Assembly (NCBI GenBank): GCA_965215005.1
Contig: CBDCCZ010000010.1
Location: 32,001 to 96,000 of the forward strand
Direction: 5' to 3'
Length of the DNA: 64,000 bases
DNA from: Kofleriaceae bacterium
Lineage (GTDB): Bacteria; Myxococcota_A; Polyangia; Haliangiales; Haliangiaceae
Part shown: piece after piece, positions 61,718 through 64,000 of the stretch
How the letters are laid out: every line of letters starts with the position of its first letter
Numbering within the stretch: position 1 is the stretch's first letter
Position numbers and translations under genes: made by a program
The notes under the pieces: model-generated
Told to the model about the DNA's origin: nothing
Databases searched by the model: none
The model's input: only the letters and a program-made list of their open reading frames with translations

Positions 61718-63325
61718 ATGCCCCGTAGAGCTGCGAACGTTCTCATCACGATAGCGACCATCGGTTCTTGCGCGTTGCTTTCTTGTGTTTGGCCGCCGCG
61801 TCAAGACACCCCGTTGTACTGCGATGCGTCGACGCCGTGTAGCTACGAAGGGTTTCCCGACGCGACGTTCTGCGATGTCGATGGGAATTTGCAAGGCGTG
61901 GGCAATACGTGCATCGAGCCGCTATCGCTGCCGTGCTCGACCGCGGCGGAGTGCGTGGCGCGGCGGGAGCCGGTTTGCGGGCTACCAGAGGGAGTCTGTC
62001 GCGGCTGCGCCAGCGGGGAGGCGGGCGATGGGGAGTGTGCGGAGAAGAACGCAGGCACGCCGTTCTGCGCCGCGGGCGCTTGCGTGACGTGTCGAGAGTC
62101 GAATGACTGCGATGCGAGCGCGCCGATCTGCGCCGACAATGAATGTGGCGCGTGCGAGGTGGGCGCCGAGGGCGACGCAGCGTGCGCGGCGCGCGATGCC
62201 AGCGCCCCCACGTGCGTCGACGGTCGCTGCGCCGAGTGCCAAGTGGATGGCGATTGCGTGGGTGCTGCCGGCCCGATTTGCGATCTCGAAACGCTGCAAT
62301 GCCGCGGCTGTGAGACCCATGGAGAGTGCGCCTCCGGCGTCTGCGACCGCGACGGCGGCAGCTGCATCGACGAGGCCAACCTCATCTACGTGGCCGCCGA
62401 CGGCGGAGTCAACAGCCCCGCATGCGGTAGGAAAGAGCAGCCGTGCGGCTCCATCGGCGGCGCCCAAGGCGGCTTGGCAAAGGTCGTCGGCCGCCGCCAC
62501 ACGCTGCAGCTCGCCGCAGGCAACTACGTAGAAGCCGTGAGCATCGCCAGCGGCGAGCTCGTCCGTTTCGTCGGGGCGGGCGTGATCACGCCGCCATTGC
62601 GCGCCGACGAACCGGCGCTCTCGGTCAGCGCCGGCAGCACCGTCATCATCGACGGCCCCAAACTCGCCGACGCCACCGGCGGCAACAACGCCGACGGCAT
62701 CCGCTGCGAGGGCTCCTCCACCCTCACCCTCCGCGAAGCCACCATCTCCGGCAACGCCGCCACCGGCATCGAAGCCAGCAACTGCACCGTCCAAATCGAA
62801 CGCTCCACCATCTCCGGCAACCTCGGCGGCGGCGTTGACATCAAGAACTCCGCCTTCACCATCCAAAACAACTTCATCGTCAGCAATGGCACCGCCGGAG
62901 CCAACGGCTCGTCCTTTGGCGGCGTCTCCATCAACAACAACGGCGCCGTCGACACCTCGATATTCGACTTCAACACCGTCGCCGATAGCCTCGCGAGCCC
63001 CAATGCCCCTGCCGCCGCCGTGCTTTGCCTCGGCACTCCCTTCGTCGGCTCCAACAACATCGTCTACCTCTCCACCGGCGGCCTCGCCTCGACCGCTGGC
63101 ACCTGCACCTGGACCTACTCAGACATCCAAGGCGGCGCCCCCGGAACCGGCAACCTCGACCTCGACCCCGGCTTCATCGACCCCGCTGGCAACTTTCACC
63201 TCGGCACCGCCTCCCCACTCATCGACGCCGCCGACCCCGCCGCCACCCTCCCCCTCGACTTCGACGGCGACTCGCGCCCCCAAGGCACCGCCTCCGATAT
63301 CGGCGCCGACGAGGTCATCCCATAA
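61718..63325 (+). CDS. Cys-rich repeat plus right-handed beta-helix surface lipoprotein (paralog of 46249-48060)
   Basis: GAGGAG RBS before ATG 61718; lipobox LLSC; Cys repeats; ISGN beta-helix repeats; C-terminal FHL...SPLIDAA...DIGADE. Confidence 0.88.
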   Translation: MPRRAANVLITIATIGSCALLSCVWPPRQDTPLYCDASTPCSYEGFPDATFCDVDGNLQGVGNTCIEPLSLPCSTAAECVARREPVCGLPEGVCRGCASGEAGDGECAEKNAGTPFCAAGACVTCRESNDCDASAPICADNECGACEVGAEGDAACAARDASAPTCVDGRCAECQVDGDCVGAAGPICDLETLQCRGCETHGECASGVCDRDGGSCIDEANLIYVAADGGVNSPACGRKEQPCGSIGGAQGGLAKVVGRRHTLQLAAGNYVEAVSIASGELVRFVGAGVITPPLRADEPALSVSAGSTVIIDGPKLADATGGNNADGIRCEGSSTLTLREATISGNAATGIEASNCTVQIERSTISGNLGGGVDIKNSAFTIQNNFIVSNGTAGANGSSFGGVSINNNGAVDTSIFDFNTVADSLASPNAPAAAVLCLGTPFVGSNNIVYLSTGGLASTAGTCTWTYSDIQGGAPGTGNLDLDPGFIDPAGNFHLGTASPLIDAADPAATLPLDFDGDSRPQGTASDIGADEVIP

Positions 63326-63431
63326 GTGTTGTAGAGCCGTAGAGCCGCGCGGCTATGGTGCCGCGCCAGCGCGCGTGGTCTCGCCGCTGAGAACGTATCA
63401 ATGGCATTCACAGGAGGCACCCATGCTGCGA

Positions 63432-63701
63432 TTAGCGAATAGGTTCGACATCGAACGTAGCCTCATAGCCACGTCCAACAGTCAGCCTAGCTTCATAGCC
63501 GAGCACCACGCCACCCTTGCTCGCTTCGGTGAGGAAGAAGCGAAGCTCTTCAAAATCGGCCATAGCAGAGCTGCCCCGTCCTTCGCTCATCGGTACTCGT
63601 TCGCTCGCGCCATCACCGCTGCGAGCGGGATTGCTGCATCCGAGCACCGCGCCCAACATCATCGCCGCCACTCTGGTCCCCGCTATGAGTCGCTTGTTCA
63701 T
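63432..63701 (-). CDS. Small putative lipoprotein (89 aa)
   Basis: G-rich RBS-like sequence; MNKR...GAVLGC lipobox. Confidence 0.55.
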   Translation of the reverse strand: MNKRLIAGTRVAAMMLGAVLGCSNPARSGDGASERVPMSEGRGSSAMADFEELRFFLTEASKGGVVLGYEARLTVGRGYEATFDVEPIR

Positions 63702-63849
63702 CGATCCCCCGGCCCAGCGCCCGTATCGAGGTGGATGCTCACCACCGACCTGGAGCGCGTTCCCGCGTTGCCGAAGCGGTGATGAAGAACGCCGGGTTCG
63801 CGGCCGGCATCAAGACCCAAGTGAGCCCTTGGGGGGCGAGCGCATCTGC

Positions 63850-64000
63850 TCACAACGAAGGCGCAGCGTTTTCCCGCGTCACCGAAGCCGTGTGGTCGCT
63901 CTTAAAGGTGATCGTGTATTGATAGTAATTGTCGGGTGTGGGGTAGTGGCCGTCCGGCGACGCCAGGTATCTCGTGAGAAAGGTCAATCGTCCTTCGCCT
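63850..64000 (-). CDS. C-terminal end of a hypothetical protein entering from outside the window
   Basis: Open frame ...GEGRLTFLTRYLASPDGHYPTPDNYYQYTITFKSDHTASVTRENAAPSL*, translated by hand. Confidence 0.5.
   Translation of the reverse strand, partial: GEGRLTFLTRYLASPDGHYPTPDNYYQYTITFKSDHTASVTRENAAPSL

Overview
GC-rich bacterial DNA with a strongly myxobacterial (Myxococcota, probably Haliangiales/Kofleriaceae-like) gene inventory: four Ser/Thr kinases, two ECF sigma factors, an FHA-sigma54 activator, PEGA proteins, a CheW/CheA cluster, and housekeeping genes (ltaE, RluA-family synthase, sppA, rnr, fused otsA/otsB, GH15, transporters). The taxonomy is inferred from gene content only. The most notable region is 54.8-61.5 kb. 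A DUF4157 ('eCIS core') protein carries a predicted zinc phospholipase C/P1-nuclease-fold domain that begins directly after a VQR motif. It is translationally coupled to three tandem, mosaic lipoprotein genes in 1388-bp repeat units, the likely immunity genes. Each duplicated unit also carries the toxin's last 38 codons inside a new 59-aa ORF. An inverted, internally deleted relic of the same toxin gene (promoter, start codon and one internal fragment) lies about 28 kb away, beside an orphan Afp15/Pvc15-type AAA+ ATPase. Other observations: recurrent TANNNT boxes 6-9 nt before start codons (possible leaderless genes), a 49-aa Arg/Lys-rich ORF with a good RBS, a frameshifted hydrolase-OsmC gene, and two paralogous Cys-rich/beta-helix surface lipoproteins with compositionally distinct cores. 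I recognised no rRNA, tRNA, CRISPR array or transposase. All family assignments come from reading motifs by eye; no database searches were run.
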